In this document: piece by piece, positions 20,048 to 27,768 of the stretch
How positions within the stretch are numbered: position 1 is the stretch's first letter
Layout: each line of letters begins with the position of its first letter
Assembly (NCBI GenBank): GCA_038905915.1
Contig: JBCKHJ010000002.1
Coordinates: 18,466 to 82,465, forward strand
Source: Candidatus Planktophila sp.
Lineage (GTDB): Bacteria; Actinomycetota; Actinomycetes; Nanopelagicales; Nanopelagicaceae
Direction: 5' to 3'
Length of the DNA: 64,000 nucleotides
Translations under genes and position numbers: made by a program
Notes under the pieces: generated by a model
What the model saw: the letters and a program-made list of their open reading frames with translations, nothing else
What the model was told of the DNA's origin: nothing
Database searches by the model: none

Positions 20048-20322
20048 TTGCTCAAGGTAGTGGGCGTAAAGTCTCAGATGTAAATTCATTAGTCGAACGT
20101 TTTAGTGCAGCGCAAAAGATGATGAAGCAAGTTCGAAGCGGGGCAGTGCCAGCGCCGATGTTGGCGATGAATATGCCTGCCATGCCACCGATTGCGAGTA
20201 AGCGCGCGCCACAAAAGAAGAAATCTAAGTCAGGAAATCCAGCAAAGAGAGCGGCCGAAGAAGGGCGCTGGGAGCCGATTTCACATCTGGCTAGGCTCAT
20301 GGCAAGATTGGGCACCTGTTGA
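20047..20322 (+). pseudogene. ffh: 3' fragment of signal recognition particle protein Ffh
   Basis: Frame from 20047 reads IAQGSGRKVSDVNSLVERFSAAQKMMKQ...KSKSGNPAKRAAEE (M-domain end); preceded in frame by TGA; upstream of rpsP. Confidence 0.85.
20280..20308 (+). promoter_or_regulatory. SigA-type promoter of the rpsP operon, TTCACA-N17-CAAGAT with extended TG
   Basis: Hexamers and 17-bp spacer are visible, followed by a ~115-nt structured leader. Confidence 0.6.
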
Positions 20323-20429
20323 TGGGGCCCTCTACCCCCAGCAACATCCGAATCCACAGTCGAATCTTTCGATCGCGCACCCCGCTGCGAGTAACTGATA
20401 CGACACACTTTTCAAGGAGTACAACTTTC

Positions 20430-20975
20430 TTGGCTACAAAAATTCGCTTAATGCGCATGGGTAAAATTCGCACACCATATTTTCGCATCGTTGTTACCGA
20501 TTCTCGTAAAGCACGTAATGGATTATCAATTGAAGAAATTGGTCGCTACGCCCCAGGGCAAGAGCCATCGCTAATTGAAATTAATTCAGAGCGTGCCCTT
20601 TATTGGCTCGGTATCGGTGCACTTCCAAGTGAGCCGGTAGAGGCCCTTCTAAAGATCACTGGAGACTGGCAAAAACATAAAGGTCTGCCTGGAACAGAAG
20701 GCACGCTAAAGGTTGCACCTGCTCGCGTTGGTAAGTACGTTGCTTATGAAGCCGCAGTTAAGCAAGCAATGGATGAACCAAAAGAAGGCGCAACAACTCT
20801 TAAGAAGAGAGCACAAGAGAAGTTAGCTGCTAAATCAACTCCGGTCGAAGTTGTTGAGACTGCTCCAGTTGTGGAAGCAGTTGTTGTAGAAACTCCAGTT
20901 GAAGAAACGCCAGTTGTCGAAGCAGTGGCTGAAGAAACGCCAGTTGTCGAAGCAGTGGTGCCTGAAAAATCATGA
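20430..20975 (+). CDS. rpsP: 30S ribosomal protein S16 with long acidic tail
   Basis: TTG 20430 after SD AAGGAG; [21 protein letters not shown]...IEEIGRY. Confidence 0.97.
   Translation: MATKIRLMRMGKIRTPYFRIVVTDSRKARNGLSIEEIGRYAPGQEPSLIEINSERALYWLGIGALPSEPVEALLKITGDWQKHKGLPGTEGTLKVAPARVGKYVAYEAAVKQAMDEPKEGATTLKKRAQEKLAAKSTPVEVVETAPVVEAVVVETPVEETPVVEAVAEETPVVEAVVPEKS
20901..20958 (+). repeat. 28-bp direct repeat, period 30, in the S16 tail (EETPVVEAV)
   Basis: GAAGAAACGCCAGTTGTCGAAGCAGTGG at 20901 and 20931. Confidence 0.9.
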
Positions 20976-21211
20976 TGGATGAAGCGCTAGAACATTTAGT
21001 TAAGGGAATCGTAGATAACCCGCAAGATGTTGTAGTCAAGGAAGTAACTCACCGCCGAGGAACAACTCTGGAAGTTCGTGTTAATCCAGAAGATATTGGC
21101 AAAGTTATCGGTCGCAACGGCCGCACTGCTAAAGCGCTTCGCATCGTTGTTAGCGCGCTGGCAGGCCGCACAATCCGCGTCGATCTCATAGAGACCGACG
21201 AGGCTCGCTAA
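20972..21211 (+). CDS. khpA: KH-domain RNA-binding protein
   Basis: [17 protein letters not shown]; rpsP-khpA-rimM synteny. Confidence 0.93.
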   Translation: MMDEALEHLVKGIVDNPQDVVVKEVTHRRGTTLEVRVNPEDIGKVIGRNGRTAKALRIVVSALAGRTIRVDLIETDEAR

Positions 21212-21226
21212 CAAAGAGTTCGCGCC

Positions 21227-21730
21227 ATGCGCTTAATCGTGGGGCGAATAGGTCGCGCTCACGCAATTTCGGGTGAAGCGACAATCGAAGTTCGAACTGC
21301 TGATCCTGATCGCCGCTTTGCAATCGGTGTAAAGGTAGATACTGATGCGCATGGAAAATTAACTATTGCTTCTGGCCGCGTACATAATGGGATTTTATTG
21401 CTGGGCTTCGTTGGGATCACTGACAGAAATGGAATTGAAAAACTCAAAGATACGCTGCTTTATGCCGAAGTTGATATCGACGAAGAAAGTGATAACGAAG
21501 ATGAATATCACGTTTTACAACTAATCGGGTGTACGGCTTATTTAGAAAATGGTGATAAATACGGCGTAGTCAGCGACGTGATTAATCTACCTAGCCAAGA
21601 TTTACTCTCGATTACGAGCCCAAATGGAGAGTCCCTTATTCCGTTTGTGCATCAATTAGTTCCCAGCGTCGATATTAAAGCTAAACGAATTATTGTAATT
21701 CCACCAGTGATAGAAGGGGAATTAAAGTGA
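21227..21730 (+). CDS. rimM: Ribosome maturation factor RimM
   Basis: VGRIGRAHAISGE, LIPFVHQLVPSVD. Confidence 0.96.
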   Translation: MRLIVGRIGRAHAISGEATIEVRTADPDRRFAIGVKVDTDAHGKLTIASGRVHNGILLLGFVGITDRNGIEKLKDTLLYAEVDIDEESDNEDEYHVLQLIGCTAYLENGDKYGVVSDVINLPSQDLLSITSPNGESLIPFVHQLVPSVDIKAKRIIVIPPVIEGELK

Positions 21731-22410
21731 AGATAGATGCAGTGACAATTTTCCCTGATTACTTTGCCCCGCTTAAACTTTCACTTTTAGGTAAGGCGCA
21801 AGAGCAAGGCATTATCGATATTGCAATTCATGACCTGCGCACCTTTGCAACAAATAATCACAACAGCGTTGATGACACTCCATATGGTGGTGGTGCAGGC
21901 ATGGTGATGATGCCCGAAATTTGGGGTCAGGCATTAGATCCCTTAATGAAGCAAGATACTGATCTAATTATTCTGACTCCTGCTGGGAAACGCTTTGACC
22001 AAAAAATGGCTGAAAGTTTTTCAAAAGCGCGCCATCTACTCTTTGCATGTGGTCGCTACGAAGGAATCGACGATCGAGTACGTCAACATTATTCTGGGCA
22101 AAATTATTTGAATAAAAATATTCGTGTTCATGAAATCTCAATTGGTGATTATGTACTTGGCGGGGGTGAAGTCGCAGCCATTGTTATGATAGAAGCGATT
22201 ACTCGCCTTATTTCTGGCGTCATCGGAAATCCAGATTCATTAAGTGAAGAATCGCATAATACGCAAGGTTTTCTCGAGTATCCCAATTTTACAAAGCCAC
22301 CATTGTGGCGAGATATAGCAGTACCCGAGATTTTATTAAGTGGCAATCATGGCGAAATTGCCAAGTGGCGCGCAACACAAGCAGAATTACGCGCGAAAAA
22401 TAATTCATAA
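21727..22410 (+). CDS. trmD: tRNA (guanine37-N1)-methyltransferase
   Basis: VDDTPYGGGAGMV, CGRYEGID, SIGDYVLGGGE, LLSGNH. Confidence 0.98.
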   Translation: MKIDAVTIFPDYFAPLKLSLLGKAQEQGIIDIAIHDLRTFATNNHNSVDDTPYGGGAGMVMMPEIWGQALDPLMKQDTDLIILTPAGKRFDQKMAESFSKARHLLFACGRYEGIDDRVRQHYSGQNYLNKNIRVHEISIGDYVLGGGEVAAIVMIEAITRLISGVIGNPDSLSEESHNTQGFLEYPNFTKPPLWRDIAVPEILLSGNHGEIAKWRATQAELRAKNNS

Positions 22411-22447
22411 CTAGCGAGTAACACACTCTTTAGCGTAGGGTTTTAAC

Positions 22448-23416
22448 ATGGCGAGAATTGACCCGGAGATTCAATCACAATTAATTAGAGATCTTGAACC
22501 TGTGGTTGTAGTGGAGCTAAATCGCCACTTAGAAATTCAGAGGGATTGGTATCCACATGAATATGTGCCATGGTCAAAGGGTCGCGACTTCGCAGGTCCG
22601 CTAAATGGCGATGCTTGGGAAGCTAAAGATTCTCGTCTATCAGCAGTTGCGCAAGATTCGTTAGTTTTAAATCTCTTAACTGAAGATAACTTACCTGGAT
22701 ATCACACTGAAATTGCAATTGTCGTGGGCCGCGATGGCGCATGGGGTAATTGGTTAGAACGCTGGACCGCTGAAGAAAATCGCCACGCAATTGTTATGCG
22801 CGATTATTTAATGGCAACGCGCGGGGTAGATCCTAAGGAATTAGAAGATTTACGAATGGCACATATGTCCCTAGGTTATCAATTCCCATATGAACAAGAT
22901 ATGTTACACACCGTTTCCTACGTAACTTTCCAAGAGTTAGCAACGCGAATTTCGCATCGTAATACCGGTAAAATTTCTGATGATCCAATTTGTGAAAATA
23001 TGCTGCAGCGAGTTTCGTTAGATGAAAACTTGCATATGATTTTCTATCGCAATCTTTTAGGTAAGGCACTTGAGCTACAACCAAATGCTGCAATGCGCGC
23101 TATTAGTGATGTCGTTATTAATTTTGCAATGCCAGGTGTAGGTATGCCAGGTTATGGTCGGAAAGCAGTCGGTATCGCGCTGGCTGGAATTTATGATCTT
23201 GAATCCCACCTTGCAGAAGTTATTGCACCAGTTTTACGGGCGTGGAATATTTTTGAGCGCACCGATTTCACTGGTGATGGGCAAGCCGCACGCGATGAAC
23301 TTGGCGCATTTCTAGAAAAAGCAGATGGTGAAGCCAAAACCTTTAATGAAAAACGTGAGAAATACTTTGAGCGCCAAATTGCACGCGGACAAGAACCAAT
23401 TCGCTTAATCAAGTAA
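22448..23416 (+). CDS. Acyl-ACP desaturase (DesA1-like di-iron protein)
   Basis: LLTEDNLPGY, WTAEENRH, FQELAT, DENLH (two ExxH motifs). Confidence 0.93.
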   Translation: MARIDPEIQSQLIRDLEPVVVVELNRHLEIQRDWYPHEYVPWSKGRDFAGPLNGDAWEAKDSRLSAVAQDSLVLNLLTEDNLPGYHTEIAIVVGRDGAWGNWLERWTAEENRHAIVMRDYLMATRGVDPKELEDLRMAHMSLGYQFPYEQDMLHTVSYVTFQELATRISHRNTGKISDDPICENMLQRVSLDENLHMIFYRNLLGKALELQPNAAMRAISDVVINFAMPGVGMPGYGRKAVGIALAGIYDLESHLAEVIAPVLRAWNIFERTDFTGDGQAARDELGAFLEKADGEAKTFNEKREKYFERQIARGQEPIRLIK

Positions 23417-23426
23417 TATTTCACTC

Positions 23427-24155
23427 ATGTCCAAGCGCGCTATATTCATTGAGCACGACCATGTCAGTGTAGGCGGACCAATCTGGAAACAATTTGAGAA
23501 TCGCGGTTATGAAATTACGCGTTTTAAAATTGTTGACGAAGCCAATTTTAATACCCCAAATGTGAAAGTGCAGTGGCCAAATCTGCTTGAATTCGATGCT
23601 GTTGTTCCGATGGGCGCGCCATGGGGGGCTTGGGAAGATGAGCGAATTGGAAATTGGTTAAACCCCGAGATAGAACAACTGCGCCAAGTTCACAACGCCG
23701 GAATTCCAATACTTGGAATTTGTTTTGGCGGGCAATTAATGGCACGCATTCTTGGCGGCTCGGTTGCGCGAGCCCCTAAAGCCGAACTTGGGTGGTATGT
23801 AATTTTAAGCGATGACGAATCGCTAATTCCACGCGGACCATGGTTTCAATATCACTGGGATCGCTGGCAATTACCGCCAGGGGCTAAAGAAATTGCGCGA
23901 ACTCCGCTCTCGTCCCAAGCATTTACTTTTGGTCGCACCCTTGGTGTGCAATTTCATCCAGAGATAGATTTAAATGTATTAGATCAATGGCTAGCCATGG
24001 CTGGTGGCTGTGTTGAAGTTGAATCAGAGGGTGTAAACGTGGAAATTTTACGTGCGCAAACTAAATTTGAAGAGCCAGAGGCCAATCAGCGCGGTTACGA
24101 TTTAGTCAATCAATTTCTTGATCGCATCGCAACCGCGCCAATTCAACGCATTTAA
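23427..24155 (+). CDS. Class I glutamine amidotransferase-like hydrolase
   Basis: LGICFGGQL nucleophile and VQFHPE His-Glu. Confidence 0.88.
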   Translation: MSKRAIFIEHDHVSVGGPIWKQFENRGYEITRFKIVDEANFNTPNVKVQWPNLLEFDAVVPMGAPWGAWEDERIGNWLNPEIEQLRQVHNAGIPILGICFGGQLMARILGGSVARAPKAELGWYVILSDDESLIPRGPWFQYHWDRWQLPPGAKEIARTPLSSQAFTFGRTLGVQFHPEIDLNVLDQWLAMAGGCVEVESEGVNVEILRAQTKFEEPEANQRGYDLVNQFLDRIATAPIQRI

Positions 24156-24158
24156 AAT

Positions 24159-24932
24159 TTAATTATCTAAAGGAGTTACGTAGGCTCCAGAAATTCCACC
24201 ATCAACTAAGAAATTTGATGCGGTAATGAAAGACGAGTCATCGCTAGCCAAGAAAGCAACTGCTGCTGCAATTTCGCTAGCCTCGGCAAAGCGTCCCATC
24301 GGAATATGAACTAGGCGACGAGCAGCACGTTCTTTATCTTTAGCAAAGAGTTCTTGGAGCAACGGAGTATTTACTGGCCCAGGGGAGAGCGCATTTACTC
24401 GTATCCTTTCGCGAGCAAACTGCACACCGAGTTCGCGACTCATTGAAAGCACGCCACCTTTAGATGCGGTGTATGCAATCTGGGATGTTGCAGCACCCAT
24501 AGTTGCAACAAATGATGCGGTGTTGATAATTGAACCTTTTCCGCCCTTTTGCATGTAAGGAATTACATACTTGCAGCAGAGAAAAACGCTAGTTAAGTTG
24601 ACACGATTTACACGCTCCCAAGCATCTAAACCAGTTGTTAAAATTGAATCATCATCAGGTGGTGAAATCCCTGCATTGTTAAATGCAATATCGATGCGAC
24701 CATAAGTATCGAAAGCGACCTTATACATATTTTCAACCTCGGCAGTAACTGTTACATCTGCCTTGACGAAAATACCGCCAGTTTCCTGAGCAATTTTTTC
24801 GCCAGTTGCCGGATTTGTATCGATTGCTACAATTTTCGCGCCTTCACTTGCCAAGCGAAGCGCGGTGGCATAACCAATTCCACTGCCTGCACCAGTAATT
24901 ACTGCGACACGACCTTCAAGACGTTTTGACAT
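24159..24932 (-). CDS. Short-chain dehydrogenase/reductase (Rv2857c/SCO1611-like)
   Basis: TGAGSGIG, NNAG, YTASK; last gene of the glnA4 operon. Confidence 0.92.
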   Translation of the reverse strand: MSKRLEGRVAVITGAGSGIGYATALRLASEGAKIVAIDTNPATGEKIAQETGGIFVKADVTVTAEVENMYKVAFDTYGRIDIAFNNAGISPPDDDSILTTGLDAWERVNRVNLTSVFLCCKYVIPYMQKGGKGSIINTASFVATMGAATSQIAYTASKGGVLSMSRELGVQFARERIRVNALSPGPVNTPLLQELFAKDKERAARRLVHIPMGRFAEASEIAAAVAFLASDDSSFITASNFLVDGGISGAYVTPLDN

Positions 24933-24946
24933 GTATTTAACCTCTT

Positions 24947-26305
24947 CTAATCTTGCGAGATAAAGACGTTCTTTACCTCAGTAAATGAATCAAGTGCATC
25001 AGGGCCTAATTCGCGACCAAGACCTGATTGTTTGTAACCGCCAAAAGGCGTCCAAAAACGAACTGATGAATTTGAGTTTACTGAAAGATTGCCGCTCTCA
25101 AGAGCGCGCGAAACACGAATTGCACGGCCAACATCTCGGGTCCAAATCGAACCCGACAAGCCATATTCCGAATCATTTGCCATCTCGATTGCATCGGCTT
25201 CGGTTTCAAAGGCAAGAACTGAAACGACTGGACCAAAAACTTCTTCACGCCAAGAACGCGCCTCGGTATTTTTAGGCATCAAAACCGTTGGTGCCATCCA
25301 ATAGCCAGCACCAGTTGGCGCAGAACCGGTGAATGCAATTGGTTCATCTAAATAAGTTTGTACTGAATCAAATTGTTTCTTTGAAATCAGTGGGCCCATA
25401 TCTGATGTTGCAAGGGATGGATCTTCGACTCTAAATTTCTTAACTGCTACTTCGAAACTTTCCATGAATGCATCAAAGACCGAACGTTGCACCAAGATTC
25501 GCGAACGCGCACAACAATCTTGTCCGGCATTATCAAATACCGCCCCCGGCGCACCAGCTGCTGCTTTTGCAACATCGGCATCTGCGAAGATTATGTTGGC
25601 ACTTTTGCCACCTAGTTCAAGAGTTACTCGCTTAACTTGGTCGGCACAACCTGCCATGATTTGTTTTCCAACACTGGTTGAACCAGTAAAAACAACTTTG
25701 CGAACCAATGGATGTGTAACGAAACGATTTCCGACCACACTTCCTTTGCCAGGCAAAACATTAAAGACGCCTTCAGGAATTCCAGCCGCAAGGGCAAGTT
25801 CGCCAATGCGCATTGCAGTTAGTGGAGTGTATTCGGCAGGTTTTAATACAACCGTATTTCCGGCAGCAAGGGCTGGCGCAAAACCCCATCCGGCAATTGG
25901 CATTGGGAAGTTCCAAGGCACAATTACACCAACGACTCCGAGTGGTTCTTTAAAAGTTATATCAATTCCACCAGCTACCGGAATTTGCTTACCAAATAAA
26001 CGCTCAGGTGCTGCCGAATAATAGGTGAGAGTATTTATAACGTTATCGACTTCCCACAAAGCATTTCCACGTGTGTGGCCTGAGTTAGTAATTTCAAGGA
26101 TTGCCAGTTCTTCTTTGTGCTCTGCAATTACTTCAGCAAATCTACGCAGAAGTTTTCCGCGATCACCTGGGGCAATTGCGCGCCAACTTTGAAAGGCTTT
26201 TGCAGCTTTTTCAATAACCCCATCGGTTGCGGCTAAATCTAAGTGAGCCACATTTCTAACTAACGTTTCGGTGGCAGGGTTAATTACATCATAGGAGGTA
26301 GACAC
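24947..26305 (-). CDS. Aldehyde dehydrogenase (AldC/SCO1612-like)
   Basis: PWNFP, FTGST, LELGGKS, NAGQDCCA, EEVFGP. Confidence 0.95.
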   Translation of the reverse strand: MSTSYDVINPATETLVRNVAHLDLAATDGVIEKAAKAFQSWRAIAPGDRGKLLRRFAEVIAEHKEELAILEITNSGHTRGNALWEVDNVINTLTYYSAAPERLFGKQIPVAGGIDITFKEPLGVVGVIVPWNFPMPIAGWGFAPALAAGNTVVLKPAEYTPLTAMRIGELALAAGIPEGVFNVLPGKGSVVGNRFVTHPLVRKVVFTGSTSVGKQIMAGCADQVKRVTLELGGKSANIIFADADVAKAAAGAPGAVFDNAGQDCCARSRILVQRSVFDAFMESFEVAVKKFRVEDPSLATSDMGPLISKKQFDSVQTYLDEPIAFTGSAPTGAGYWMAPTVLMPKNTEARSWREEVFGPVVSVLAFETEADAIEMANDSEYGLSGSIWTRDVGRAIRVSRALESGNLSVNSNSSVRFWTPFGGYKQSGLGRELGPDALDSFTEVKNVFISQD

Positions 26306-26308
26306 GGC

Positions 26309-27679
26309 TTAAAACCTTTCGAAGTTACGGAAGAGTTCCCAATCAGTTACTGCTTTGCCATAGGCGGCCAATTCAACGCGTGCCATATTTGCATAGTGGG
26401 CTTGCACTTCTGCGCCAAAAGTTTCTTTTACCCAAGAACTCTTTTCCCAAAGCGCTAGCGCTTCTTGCATAGAAGAAGGAACTCGCTCTGAATCGGATGC
26501 GTAAGCATTTCCAGTAAAAGCTGGCTCTGACTTTAATTTCTTATTAATTCCATCAAGGCCTGCAGCGATGATGCCTGCAACTGCCAAATAAGGATTTACA
26601 TCACCACCTGGAACGCGATTTTCTAAACGCAAACCTTGTCCATGGCCAACTAAACGAAAAGCACAAGTACGGTTATCGCGTCCCCAACGAATTGCAGTTG
26701 GCGCAAAGGATCCAGGCACATAGCGTTTATATGAGTTGATATTTGGTGCAAAGAGAATGGAAAGTTCGCGCATATGTGCCAATTGACCAGCAATAAATTG
26801 GCGACCCAATTCGCTCATTCCGTGTTCTTTATCGGTTTCATCAACCATAACTAATTCATCATTCAGACCGCGAAATGATAAGTGAATGTGGGAAGAGTTG
26901 CCTTCTTTTTCATTTGGCTTGGCCATAAATGTAAGGGCGTAACCTTCCTGGGCTGCAATTTCCTTTGCGCCATTTTTATAAATCACATGGCTATCGCAGT
27001 TAGACAAGGCATCAGAGTATTTGAATGCAATCTCATGTTGACCAAAATTACATTCACCCTTAACTGATTCAACAATTAGCCCAGCACCCTGCATTCCTAA
27101 CCGGATCTTGCGCAAGAGTGGTTCAACGCGTGAGCCACCCATGATGGAGTAATCAACGTTGTATTGGTTGGCCGGCGTTAAATCACGATATGCCTTGTTC
27201 CATGCTTCCTCGTATGTATCAGTAAACAAAACGAATTCAAGTTCGGTACCGCACATAGCTTTCATGCCAGCATCTTTTAGAACTGCAATTTGTTTACGCA
27301 AAATTTGTCGCGGTGATGCAACAACATCGGTGTGGTCTAGCCACTTAACATCAGCGAGCACCATTGCTGCCCCTTCTTGCCAAGGAACTAATCGCAGCGT
27401 ATTTAAATCGGGGATAAGTGCGAAATCACTATAGCCACGTTCCCATGAGGACATTTCATAACCTTGCACAGTATTCATATCAACATCGACGGCGAGCAAA
27501 TAATTACAACCTTCGGTGCCATGTTTTAAAACTTCATCAATAAAATGATGACCGTGGATTCGCTTGCCGGTAAGACGACCCTGCATATCGGTCAGTGCAA
27601 CTATTACGGTGTCGATAGAGCCATTCTTAACTGCCTCTTTAAGTGCATCAACACTCAACGCTGGCATTGCGGTCTCCAT
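26309..27679 (-). CDS. glnA4: Glutamine-synthetase-like gamma-glutamylamide synthetase, GlnA4 type
   Basis: DMQGRL, GTEGCNYLLAVDVDMNTV, SSWERGY, ENRVPGGDVNPY; GS-ALDH-SDR gene order as in glnA4 loci. Confidence 0.85.
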   Translation of the reverse strand: METAMPALSVDALKEAVKNGSIDTVIVALTDMQGRLTGKRIHGHHFIDEVLKHGTEGCNYLLAVDVDMNTVQGYEMSSWERGYSDFALIPDLNTLRLVPWQEGAAMVLADVKWLDHTDVVASPRQILRKQIAVLKDAGMKAMCGTELEFVLFTDTYEEAWNKAYRDLTPANQYNVDYSIMGGSRVEPLLRKIRLGMQGAGLIVESVKGECNFGQHEIAFKYSDALSNCDSHVIYKNGAKEIAAQEGYALTFMAKPNEKEGNSSHIHLSFRGLNDELVMVDETDKEHGMSELGRQFIAGQLAHMRELSILFAPNINSYKRYVPGSFAPTAIRWGRDNRTCAFRLVGHGQGLRLENRVPGGDVNPYLAVAGIIAAGLDGINKKLKSEPAFTGNAYASDSERVPSSMQEALALWEKSSWVKETFGAEVQAHYANMARVELAAYGKAVTDWELFRNFERF

Positions 27680-27768
27680 GGGGAACCCTTTCTTAGGTTA
27701 ATTCTTAAGCCCTATCCTGCCAAAGAAATTCTTGCTTGCATAACTGATTTGACGAGGGCTAGCCCTTA

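Noticed and set aside
19883-20322. Programmed frameshift producing a functional FtsY-Ffh fusion
   Set aside because: No slippery heptamer at the junction and both GTPase domains are absent; a deletion explains it more simply.
20319-20429. N-terminal extension of S16 in the ORF track
   Set aside because: S16 homology starts at TTG 20430 with a good SD; the upstream part is the 5' leader.
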